A DNA stretch of 64,000 bases from Planctomycetota bacterium (GTDB lineage Bacteria > Planctomycetota > Brocadiia > JAADGH01): the NCBI GenBank assembly GCA_040755855.1, contig JBFMAD010000002.1, forward strand, positions 96,001 through 160,000. The letters run 5' to 3'. This document shows, piece after piece, positions 55,945 through 64,000 of this stretch. Position 1 is the first letter of the stretch. Each line of letters opens with the position of its first letter. The position numbers and the translations under genes are program-made. The notes beneath the pieces were generated by a model. That model had not been told where the DNA came from, did not search any database, and was given only the letters and a program-made list of their open reading frames with translations.

Positions 55945-57234
55945 TCAGCAGGGCCGCCTGCCCCCGGCAGGCGGCGCAACGATCGCCGACCGCCTCCTCG
56001 GCTCGACTACCTTGAGCAAGGTCACGAGGAGGGCCAGAAGTCCGCAGCACGCGGCGACGGCAAAGACGGCGTTGTACCGGGCGGGATGGTATCTGGCAAG
56101 GAGGCCGCCAAGGAGCGGGGCGAATACATAGGCCGGGCAGAGGATGGTGCTCGCCAGCGCGACGAACGTGGTCTTGTCCTCCGTCGGGCAGTACTCAATG
56201 GTGAGGTTGTGCCCGCCGATCATCAGGAAGGAACTCTGCAGACCGAACAGGACGAAGACGACGCTGTACCATACCGGGTTTGGGGCAAAGATAGCGAGAA
56301 GCCCTGCCCCGATGTCCGTCGCCGGGGCAAGGACCAGAAGCACCTTGAATCCGAATGTATCGCCAAGACGCCCTCCAACCAGTGAGCCGACGACCTGGGC
56401 CGTGAGCAGCGTCGCGCCGAACATTCCCGCCGCCGCGCTGGGCAGTTCGTACCGCTCCAGCCCCGCGACCGTGTAGAACGCGACGGCCATCATGCTGAAC
56501 GTGCCCGTGAAGCGCGCGGCCAGGAACCACAGAAAGTCGGGGGAACTGCGCAGGATGCCTTTGACATCGCGCAGGAAGGCCCCTGTGCCGCGCGCATCCG
56601 GGCTTACCCGCGCCGGCTCGCGCAGCCAGAAGAAGGAGGTGACGCATCCGGAGAGAATGACTCCCGACGCCGCAAAGAGGACGGCGAAATTCCAGGGAAA
56701 GGTCACCGCGCCGAGGACCCTTTCCGCGCAGAGGGCTCCTGCGGCGCCCAGCACGCCGTTCAGCAGCCATACATAGCCGAAGGCGCGGCCTCGCACCGCG
56801 GCGGGGAAGAGTTTCGCCATCAGGTTCAGCCACATGGGCATGGCGAAGCTGATTGACAGGCCGAAAAGGACGGCCCATGCGAACGTCGAAACCATCACCG
56901 CCGCCGGCGCCGTGGAAGCGTAGCGCACGGTGAGACAGGCCAGCGCAAGGAGCGACAGCGTTCCGGGATAGTGGGTCACGGTGAAGACGTTTTTCTTCAC
57001 GGACAGGTGCCGCGTGAAGTGGGCCGCAAGGAGCTGCGGCGTAAAGAGAGCGATGGCGGATACCGCAGGCAAGAGGCCGATAGTGACCGCCGATGCACCC
57101 AGCCGATCCAAAAATGCAGGTATGATGGCGACCTGGTGGACAAAGGCCATGCCGAACCCCCAGCACCCGTCCACCCCGGCAATGATGCCCAGGTTCCACC
57201 AGTAGTTCCGTTTGATGTCCTGCTCGAAGTCCAC
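55945..57234 (-). CDS. MFS transporter
   Basis: About 12 TM segments, GGRLGDTFGFK motif A, RGRAFG. Confidence 0.88.
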   Translation of the reverse strand: MDFEQDIKRNYWWNLGIIAGVDGCWGFGMAFVHQVAIIPAFLDRLGASAVTIGLLPAVSAIALFTPQLLAAHFTRHLSVKKNVFTVTHYPGTLSLLALACLTVRYASTAPAAVMVSTFAWAVLFGLSISFAMPMWLNLMAKLFPAAVRGRAFGYVWLLNGVLGAAGALCAERVLGAVTFPWNFAVLFAASGVILSGCVTSFFWLREPARVSPDARGTGAFLRDVKGILRSSPDFLWFLAARFTGTFSMMAVAFYTVAGLERYELPSAAAGMFGATLLTAQVVGSLVGGRLGDTFGFKVLLVLAPATDIGAGLLAIFAPNPVWYSVVFVLFGLQSSFLMIGGHNLTIEYCPTEDKTTFVALASTILCPAYVFAPLLGGLLARYHPARYNAVFAVAACCGLLALLVTLLKVVEPRRRSAIVAPPAGGRRPC

Positions 57235-57244
57235 CGGGCGCCCC

Positions 57245-60200
57245 TCACTCTGTCTGTATCTTGACGGTCAGGGAGCTGCCGGCGGGAACGGCGACCTCCT
57301 TGTTGAACTCGCCCAGCAGCGTGAAGCCTGGCCCCGGGGTAACGCGGCAGGTGATGTCGTTGTCGGTCGGGTTGTGGACGACAAAGGCCGCCTTGCCCGG
57401 TCGGGCATCCACCAGCATCAGGTGGACCTCCGGATTGTCGCTGACGAGCAGGTTCCCGATGAAGACCTCCTTGGCCCCAACCTCGACATCAATCTGCAGG
57501 AATCCGGTCCCGTCCTCCAACACAGGAAAGTGGATGATTTCATTGGTCACGTCTCGTTTCTCCCGCGTCACGCAGCGCTGGCCGAACTCGTCAATGATCC
57601 ATTCGGGGATGACGAGCGTCGCCTTGCCCTTGTACCAGATGCCTGCGTCCCATCGGGGATTCAGGCCGGCGATCTGCACGGGCAGGTCGAGCGGCAGACG
57701 GGCCTCGCTGACCTGCGCCGCGAATCCGTGATGATCCGCCTTGATCTCCAGCGCGAGGGCCTTGCCCACCACGCCGCCGATTGTGGGCCTGACTTCATAC
57801 GCCGTCTTCCCGTGCAAACCCAATGAGTCCATGATGTCCGCAACAAACGCATTGTCCGGCGCCCCGCCCAGCGGACCGTTCACTCCAATGTATTTGTATT
57901 CGATCTTCTCGCCGGCCTTGAACTCGGTCTTATCCTGCGGCAGTTTCAGGTAGAGATTGCCGTAGAGCATATCCTCGATGGTGTGGCTGGTGTAGCGCAG
58001 TCCCGGCTGCAGAGGAATCGCCGCGAGGGAGCCGTGGAAGGCGTTCGGGAAGAGGGCGGCATAGCCCCGCTCGGGCAGGACGCTCCAGAAGTTACGCCTG
58101 GTTGGGGTGAACTGCCCCGCGAAGAACCGCCCGTCCGGCAGCGTGGCACATACGCAATGGGTCCCCCGTCGGCCGGTGGCGCGGAAGATGACGCTCTCCT
58201 TGGCTGTGAAATCCTTCAGGACATCGTAGTCGCCCTCCACGATCTCGACCAGCGACGAGTCATGCCGGCCGGCGTAGAAGGTGTATCGCGTCTTGCCGGA
58301 GATGAACTCGTTCTTCTCGGCGCAGAAGGGCTCGTCGGTGTGGTCGGGGTTCCCGTGGGCCTCCGGGTCGTAGTGCTGGCGCGTCAGCGCGTCCACGATG
58401 CTTCCGAACCGGCACGCGAGGACGGGGTAGTACTCGACGGCCGGACGCTTCAGTTCTTCCACTCCGGCGAGAACCAGCTCGCCGCAGTACATGAAGTTGC
58501 GGACGACGAGGTAGTCCTCAAACCCGCGAATGTTTTGCATGTCCGCCGGCGCGGCCCCCCACTTCCCGCGCGGCATGGTGTTGAGGTTGTCGCTGCACCG
58601 GTGGAAGGCGTTCTCCTGCACGCGGGTGGAGTTGTGCCAACTGATTGCTCTCTTGCCGTTCTGGTCGGCGGCGATGACCACAAAGTCGTGCTGCTGGTCG
58701 TGGAAGAAGTCAATGGTTTGCTCAATGGTCTTCTCCCCGCGGGGGAGGAATCGCCGCCACGGCTGCTCGCGATCGCCGTCGCGGATGACGACTTCCCTCA
58801 GCCCGGCGTCCGCCGAGACCAGCAGGTGCATCCGGCAACGGTCCCCGCCGGGCCGGGCCAGGTCGCTGGTGCCCGCATTCACAATCCGTATGTCCTCGAT
58901 GATCGGTCCCTCGGAGACGAAGGATGACCGAACCCAGACGTGACTGCCTTTGTGCATGGCTGTGAAGCCGTGGAACGCCTCGATGATGTTGTCGTCGAGC
59001 CATCGGACGCAGGTCTGGAAGCCGCTCTGCCGGGCGCGGGCGACCTGCTCCGGCGAATCCACGAACCGCACCACCACCGGCGCCGAACCGAAGCTCATCC
59101 GCAACAGGCGCAGGTAGTTGTCCAGCGACTCGTCAACCAGCTTATCATTCGCATATGTGAATAACGCAAAGGCGTTGAAATTGCCCTGAAACCACGGTTC
59201 CTCGGGGTTTTGGTGCGAATGGGTCAGGATGACCGGCGGCATTCCGCTGCCGCGGATCAGGGCGTTGTTCCCGCTCAGCCGGCCCGGGTGCTTCGCGCTG
59301 AACCATCCCGGCTTAGGCCAGGACAAGGTGTTGGAGAATGTGACCCACGTATTGCCGGAGTCGTCGAGGTAGGTGAAGCCGGGGTACGTCTTGAATTCCG
59401 TGGTGCAATTATCCTCGCAAACCTTTTTCAGGGCTGCGAATTTCTCCGGCGTCAACTTGGCAAGGTCCTCGGCGAAGGCGATGAAGTTGTAGCCGGCCTC
59501 TCTCGCCGCCTGGATGAACTCCGCCGGCTGGCCCTGGCCCGACGACAGGGCGCTCCTCGCCCCGATCAAGCCCACGTAGAGATGCCTTCTCTGAATCCCC
59601 TCGATCTGGATCTTGTCCCAGTCAATGGGCTGTAACAGGTCCTCTCGCGTTTTCATAACCGAACCCTTCGGCGCGTAGCCCCCAAACCGCCCCCTTGATG
59701 GTTCGGAGAGGTAGGCGAAGAGGTTCTTCATGAGCCGCGCCCCGTCGCCCTTCATGCCCTTCATCCCTCCCTCCATGGGAAGGCCGTCCCCCCAGAGGGT
59801 GTGATAGCCGTCCTGCCAGAGGAGGGACGACGCGATGGGGAAGACGGCGATGCGCCCCTCCCCAAACTGCCGGACGGCCATGAGCGGCGGCGCGGTCTCG
59901 TAGGCGCCGGGGGCGGCGGGTTGTAGGGCGCTGCCCTTCTTCCGATGGGTTGTGTGCGCCGTCTTCATCCCGCGCACGAGAACGGTCCAGTCCGGTCCCA
60001 TCTTCACCGGAGAGGAGAAGTCGGTGTACCTGTCATATCCGCCACGGACGTTGGGATAAAACAGACCCGCCACGCCGTCGGTGACGGGATGCTTCGTGAT
60101 GTTGCCCGTCCAAAAGAGGGTGTATCCCGACGGCAGGTCCACGGCGTTATCCTCGTCGCTCACTTGTTCATCGAGGACCTCGATGCCGGTCGGTTGCAGC

Positions 60201-60664
60201 CATGCGTTGATCTCCTCGATGTCCTTCCCGAACTGCCAGCCTGGGTTTCGGAGGACCAGGAGCCCGCCGCCCTGCTTCACGTAATCGAGCAGGAGCTTCG
60301 CCTTCTCGTCGGCCAGCTTGGAGAAAAGCGACTGCTGATTCCCCTCGCCGCCGGTCCCCAGGATGACGATGTTGAACTGCTTGAGGAAGTCCATCGTCAG
60401 TTCCGGCGAAAAGGCGCCGACCTCCCGCGCCCTGAAGCCCTGGTCTTCGAGTTGCTTCGCCAATTTGCGGCCGGGCAGGGCGTTGCCCCGGCCGTGCGAG
60501 GCGTACACCGAGTTGCCTTCCTGAATCTTTGGGACCAGGATGAGGTAGGCCATCGGCTTTTCAGCCAAGCCCTTTTCGTGGGCGGGTTTCGGCGGCGCAT
60601 CTTGGCCGAGGGCAGCCGTCAGCCAGACCGTCAAAATCGAAAGGGCCAGGGAAATCTGTTTCAT
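57245..60664 (-). CDS. Large secreted hypothetical protein (GATase-like N-domain and degenerate PHP-like domain)
   Basis: Signal peptide, LLDYVKQGGGLLVL, HPVTDGV, FGEGRIAV, AREAGYNFIAFAE, FVSEGPII. Confidence 0.6.
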   Translation of the reverse strand: MKQISLALSILTVWLTAALGQDAPPKPAHEKGLAEKPMAYLILVPKIQEGNSVYASHGRGNALPGRKLAKQLEDQGFRAREVGAFSPELTMDFLKQFNIVILGTGGEGNQQSLFSKLADEKAKLLLDYVKQGGGLLVLRNPGWQFGKDIEEINAWLQPTGIEVLDEQVSDEDNAVDLPSGYTLFWTGNITKHPVTDGVAGLFYPNVRGGYDRYTDFSSPVKMGPDWTVLVRGMKTAHTTHRKKGSALQPAAPGAYETAPPLMAVRQFGEGRIAVFPIASSLLWQDGYHTLWGDGLPMEGGMKGMKGDGARLMKNLFAYLSEPSRGRFGGYAPKGSVMKTREDLLQPIDWDKIQIEGIQRRHLYVGLIGARSALSSGQGQPAEFIQAAREAGYNFIAFAEDLAKLTPEKFAALKKVCEDNCTTEFKTYPGFTYLDDSGNTWVTFSNTLSWPKPGWFSAKHPGRLSGNNALIRGSGMPPVILTHSHQNPEEPWFQGNFNAFALFTYANDKLVDESLDNYLRLLRMSFGSAPVVVRFVDSPEQVARARQSGFQTCVRWLDDNIIEAFHGFTAMHKGSHVWVRSSFVSEGPIIEDIRIVNAGTSDLARPGGDRCRMHLLVSADAGLREVVIRDGDREQPWRRFLPRGEKTIEQTIDFFHDQQHDFVVIAADQNGKRAISWHNSTRVQENAFHRCSDNLNTMPRGKWGAAPADMQNIRGFEDYLVVRNFMYCGELVLAGVEELKRPAVEYYPVLACRFGSIVDALTRQHYDPEAHGNPDHTDEPFCAEKNEFISGKTRYTFYAGRHDSSLVEIVEGDYDVLKDFTAKESVIFRATGRRGTHCVCATLPDGRFFAGQFTPTRRNFWSVLPERGYAALFPNAFHGSLAAIPLQPGLRYTSHTIEDMLYGNLYLKLPQDKTEFKAGEKIEYKYIGVNGPLGGAPDNAFVADIMDSLGLHGKTAYEVRPTIGGVVGKALALEIKADHHGFAAQVSEARLPLDLPVQIAGLNPRWDAGIWYKGKATLVIPEWIIDEFGQRCVTREKRDVTNEIIHFPVLEDGTGFLQIDVEVGAKEVFIGNLLVSDNPEVHLMLVDARPGKAAFVVHNPTDNDITCRVTPGPGFTLLGEFNKEVAVPAGSSLTVKIQTE

Positions 60665-60785
60665 GGAATCACTCCGACTCGATTTGTTCAATCTTCATTC
60701 GGAAACCATACCACAACTGCGGCCGACGGTCAAACGGCCGCTTTGAATTCCTCCGGGCATTGCAGACCCCGCGGCGCAAAAATTG

Positions 60786-60814
60786 TTGCAAAGAGTCGAA
60801 CGGCGGCATATAAT
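60786..60814 (+). promoter_or_regulatory. Sigma70-type promoter of the kinase
   Basis: TTGCAA-17 nt-TATAAT. Confidence 0.65.
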
Positions 60815-60859
60815 ACAGCCAGTGAAATCGGCATCCTGTGGGATACGGGAGAGAATGTC

Positions 60860-62956
60860 GTGGCAAATGCATCGAGTGGCCTGCCCCGCCTGGGCGGGTA
60901 TGAGCTGATCGGCAAGGTGGGCAAAGGCGGCATGGGCAATGTCTTCAAGGCCCGGCAAATCAGCATGGACCGCATCGTGGCCCTGAAGGTCCTTTCCTCG
61001 CAACTGGCCAAGGACGACAAGTTCGTCGCCCGCTTCCACCGCGAAGCGAAGGCCGCCGCGAAGCTCAGCCATATGAATATCATCCAGAGCATTGACGTCG
61101 GCGAGGAGGACGGCTACCACTATTTCGCCATGGAGTATGTCCAGGGGCCGACGGTGGACGACCTGCTCCAGAAGTCGAAGGTCCTCAAGGAGGACTTCTG
61201 CCTCGATATCATCTGCCAGACGGCTCGGGCGATCCAGGCCGCCGAGAAGCTCGGCATCATCCACTTCGACATCAAACCGAGCAACATCATGATCACGAAG
61301 GATCGCATTGCGAAGCTCGCCGACTTCGGTCTCGCCCGCCGCGTGGAGCGGACGGCCACCCGCGCCAAGCAGGGGCTGGTGTTCGGCACGCCGGAATATA
61401 TGTCCCCCGAACAGGCCCTCGGCAAGCCGGATGTGGACAGCCGTAGCGACATCTACTCCCTCGGCGTGAGCTTCTATCAGATGGTGACGGGCCGGCTGCC
61501 CTTCGAGGGCAAAACCCCGCGCGAAACGGTGGACCTTCGCCTCACCGGCAACCCCATCCCCGCAAAGCAACTCAACCCGGCCCTGTCCAACGAGACGTGC
61601 CAGATCATAGATCGGATGCTTGCGCGCGACCGGAACCAGCGATACCAAACAGCCGCAGAGCTCATCGAGGACCTGGAATATGTCACCAAGCAGCGCAGCG
61701 GCACAACCGAGGCCCAGGCCGCAGCGGGGATGCAGATTGACATACCGCCGGAAGAACTGGAGGCCGTGGAGCAGACCCGCTACGCCCCCAGGCGTCGGAA
61801 GATCGCAGGGCCGATCTTCGGCTTCATCATGCTCGTCGCCCTCGGCGGCGGGGTATTTTATGTGGTAAGGTATCGCCCGGACCTGATCGAAAAAGTGCAA
61901 AAGGATCTAAACATCACCATCGGCGCGCCCAAGCCCCAGCCGGTGGAGGAAGGCCCGAAGGTCGTCCTCCCGGAAAACCCAAAGTTCGTTCCGAAGGACC
62001 TCTCCAGTAGCGATACAGTCGGTAAAGCGGGAGAACATCGCATTCGCTCCAAGCAGGAAGGCCCCAGCCACCCCAAGGCGAAGGACTCCTACCGCCAGAT
62101 CATGGACATGCGCAAGACCCATCTGATGCAAAACGACTTCAAGGGCGTGCTCAAGGCATATGATTACTATCCCGATAACTACAAGTTCGCCGTGGAGTGG
62201 AAGCAGCTCGAGGAGCAGAAGAAAAAAGATTTAGAGGACATCAAGGTCAAGTTCAAGACCCAGAACGACGCCATGGGGGCGCTGGTGGCCGCGGATAAGA
62301 TCGGCGAGGCCCTCGATCTCGCCAAAAAGATCGAGGAACGCTTCCCGGAGGACATCCTCAAGGAGGCCGAGTTCGAGAAGAAGAAACAGCAGCTCCAGGG
62401 CCACCTCGCCAAGCAGGAGAAGGCAGGCGCGGCAAAGAAACAGGCCCTCCTCACGGCCTACCGCGACGCCGCAGGGCCGGCCTATAAAATGGCCCTCCAG
62501 GGGCAGTACGACAAGGCGAAGGGCGCGCTGGACGAACTGATGGTCAGCCCGGACTTCGCGGACGTCCAGAACGAAATCAAGAAAGAAAAGAAGGACATTG
62601 ACCTTCTGAACGAATACATGGACGCCGTCTATGCCGGGGGCAAGGAGCTGCAGGGGAAGAAGTTCAAGGTCGGCGGAATCGGGTCCACGCTCGTCAGCGT
62701 CGAGGACGGCGTGATCACCATCCAAATGGCCGGGAAGGAGAAGGCCCAACCCCTGGCGGACCTGAAGCCGGATGAGCTGAATCAACTCGCCCAGAAGGGC
62801 GGCTTCACCACCAAGCAGAGCATGGGCGACCTGCACCTCCGCTCCGCCATCTTCTATCACTTCGCCGGAAAGATGGGCGAGGCGACGATGGCGCTGCTGA
62901 AGGCGCAGGAGGAAGGCACAAACATAGACGCCTATCGGAGCTGGCTGTCGAAGTAG
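60860..62956 (+). CDS. Membrane-anchored Hanks-type Ser/Thr protein kinase
   Basis: GKGGMG, VALK, HFDIKPSN, DFG, GTPEYMSPE, DIYSLG, then a TM helix and a helical C-terminal domain. Confidence 0.93.
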   Translation: MANASSGLPRLGGYELIGKVGKGGMGNVFKARQISMDRIVALKVLSSQLAKDDKFVARFHREAKAAAKLSHMNIIQSIDVGEEDGYHYFAMEYVQGPTVDDLLQKSKVLKEDFCLDIICQTARAIQAAEKLGIIHFDIKPSNIMITKDRIAKLADFGLARRVERTATRAKQGLVFGTPEYMSPEQALGKPDVDSRSDIYSLGVSFYQMVTGRLPFEGKTPRETVDLRLTGNPIPAKQLNPALSNETCQIIDRMLARDRNQRYQTAAELIEDLEYVTKQRSGTTEAQAAAGMQIDIPPEELEAVEQTRYAPRRRKIAGPIFGFIMLVALGGGVFYVVRYRPDLIEKVQKDLNITIGAPKPQPVEEGPKVVLPENPKFVPKDLSSSDTVGKAGEHRIRSKQEGPSHPKAKDSYRQIMDMRKTHLMQNDFKGVLKAYDYYPDNYKFAVEWKQLEEQKKKDLEDIKVKFKTQNDAMGALVAADKIGEALDLAKKIEERFPEDILKEAEFEKKKQQLQGHLAKQEKAGAAKKQALLTAYRDAAGPAYKMALQGQYDKAKGALDELMVSPDFADVQNEIKKEKKDIDLLNEYMDAVYAGGKELQGKKFKVGGIGSTLVSVEDGVITIQMAGKEKAQPLADLKPDELNQLAQKGGFTTKQSMGDLHLRSAIFYHFAGKMGEATMALLKAQEEGTNIDAYRSWLSK

Positions 62957-63076
62957 CCCCAGCGCATTGCGCGCGTGATCCCATTCGGGCGAAGGGCCTT
63001 TCGAATGGACTTTGTGCTTGACAATACTCCACGAATCCGCTACCGTGAGTCTGTCTGAGCGCGAACTGCCTCACGC

Positions 63077-63152
63077 ACCCCCGTAGCTCAGCGAATAGAG
63101 CGCTTGCCTCCGGAGCAAGAGGCCAGAGGTTTGAATCCTCTCGGGGGTGCCA
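63077..63152 (+). tRNA. tRNA-Arg (CCG)
   Basis: Acceptor stem ACCCCCG/CGGGGGT plus GCCA. Anticodon arm CTTGC-CTCCGGA-GCAAG. T arm AGAGG-TTTGAAT-CCTCT. Promoter TTGACA-17-TACCGT at 63018-63046. Confidence 0.93.
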
Positions 63153-63297
63153 TGCAATCCCATTTCACGTCTGATGGATCGTTCCAGCCGCGGCATCCCC
63201 CAAACCGTTCCACCTTGACTTTACAGATGCGTTGCGGCTATGATCTATTTTGGAGGGATTGTCGCAACAGCGTCTGTGCTGGAAGGAGTAGGTATTC

Positions 63298-64000
63298 GTG
63301 GCAAGTCTGGAAACGACGTACGTCGGTCTGAAGTTGAGAAGCCCCATCATCATCGCCTCGTCCGGCATCACCGAGCGAGTCGAGCTGCTGAAGAAGTGCG
63401 AGGAGAACGGCGCGGGCGCAGCCGTGATGAAATCGTATTTCGAGGAAGCCGTCTGCCGACATTCCCCCTCGCCCCGCTATCGGGTCGTACGCCATGACAT
63501 GGGCAAGGAAAAGACGTTCACCTTCATGTCCTACGAGCAGGCCAGTGAGTGGGCCATCGAGCGCTACGCCGAGGAGGTGGCCGCCGCCAAGTCGCAGCTC
63601 AAGCACCTGAAGGTCATCCCGAGCATCAACTGCCTCACCCGCGAAGGCTGGGTCACGAGCGCCAGGCTGTTGCAGGAAGCCGGCGCCGACGCCATCGAGA
63701 TGAACACCTCGTGCCCGCACGGCTCGATCACCTTCCGCGGCGGGGCCGTGGAGCAGACGATCTGCGATATGGTCAAGCCGGTGCGCGAGGCGCTCTCCAT
63801 CCCACTCGTCGCCAAGATCAGCCCCATGCTCACCTCGCCCCTCGCCCTGGTGAAGGCCCTGGAGGAGATCGGTGTGGACGGGGTGACGATCTTCAACCGC
63901 ATGACGGCCCTCGAGATTGACATCGAGAAGGAAAGGCCGATCATGCACGGGGGCTACATGGGCCACGGCGGGCCGTGGGCCTTGCTCTACCCCCTGCGAT
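63298..64000 (+). CDS. Dihydroorotate/dihydropyrimidine dehydrogenase family flavoprotein, partial
   Basis: Manual translation from GTG: MASLETTYVGLKLRSPIIIASS...GAGAAVMKS...ADAIEMNTSCPH...VAKISP...IFNR. Runs off the window end. Confidence 0.88.
   Translation, partial: MASLETTYVGLKLRSPIIIASSGITERVELLKKCEENGAGAAVMKSYFEEAVCRHSPSPRYRVVRHDMGKEKTFTFMSYEQASEWAIERYAEEVAAAKSQLKHLKVIPSINCLTREGWVTSARLLQEAGADAIEMNTSCPHGSITFRGGAVEQTICDMVKPVREALSIPLVAKISPMLTSPLALVKALEEIGVDGVTIFNRMTALEIDIEKERPIMHGGYMGHGGPWALLYPLR

Noticed and set aside
63077..63300. tRNA as a prophage or island attachment site
   Set aside because: No integrase and no duplicated tRNA 3' end seen in the window.

Overview
High-GC bacterial chromosomal segment, probably from an anaerobic PVC-superphylum (Planctomycetota-like) organism. 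This is inferred from a Verrucomicrobia/Planctomycetes-restricted Minf_1886-type gene, DUF4838/DUF4091 and PQQ-like beta-propeller proteins, and a class III RNR. From left to right the window holds: an ArsR-headed ABC/MFP efflux operon; App1-type phosphatase, pfkA and sulfatase genes; a ROK-headed catabolic operon (Gfo/Idh/MocA, four-helix-bundle gene, TPP-dependent E1 alpha/beta, DUF4838 protein, MDR dehydrogenase); nrdR-nrdD-redoxin-nrdG-amrS and smc; large secreted proteins; toxin-antitoxin modules; cobT; a Ser/Thr kinase; tRNA-Arg(CCG); and a partial dihydroorotate dehydrogenase-like gene. The most unusual signal is a family of 7-nt (and one 8-nt) tandem-repeat arrays. They bracket a frameshifted Avd/IVP-like four-helix-bundle gene in inverted orientation, sit between stop codons and ribosome-binding sites in the same operon, form a gene-less hairpin, and occur in frame inside a protein. 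Other notable items are an in-frame chimeric recombination scar, an unannotated Cys-rich mini-protein, a promoter driving an unannotated structured transcript, a Thr-nucleophile sulfatase and a tRNA with a compensated A19:U56 elbow pair. All family assignments come from motif recognition by eye; no database searches were run.
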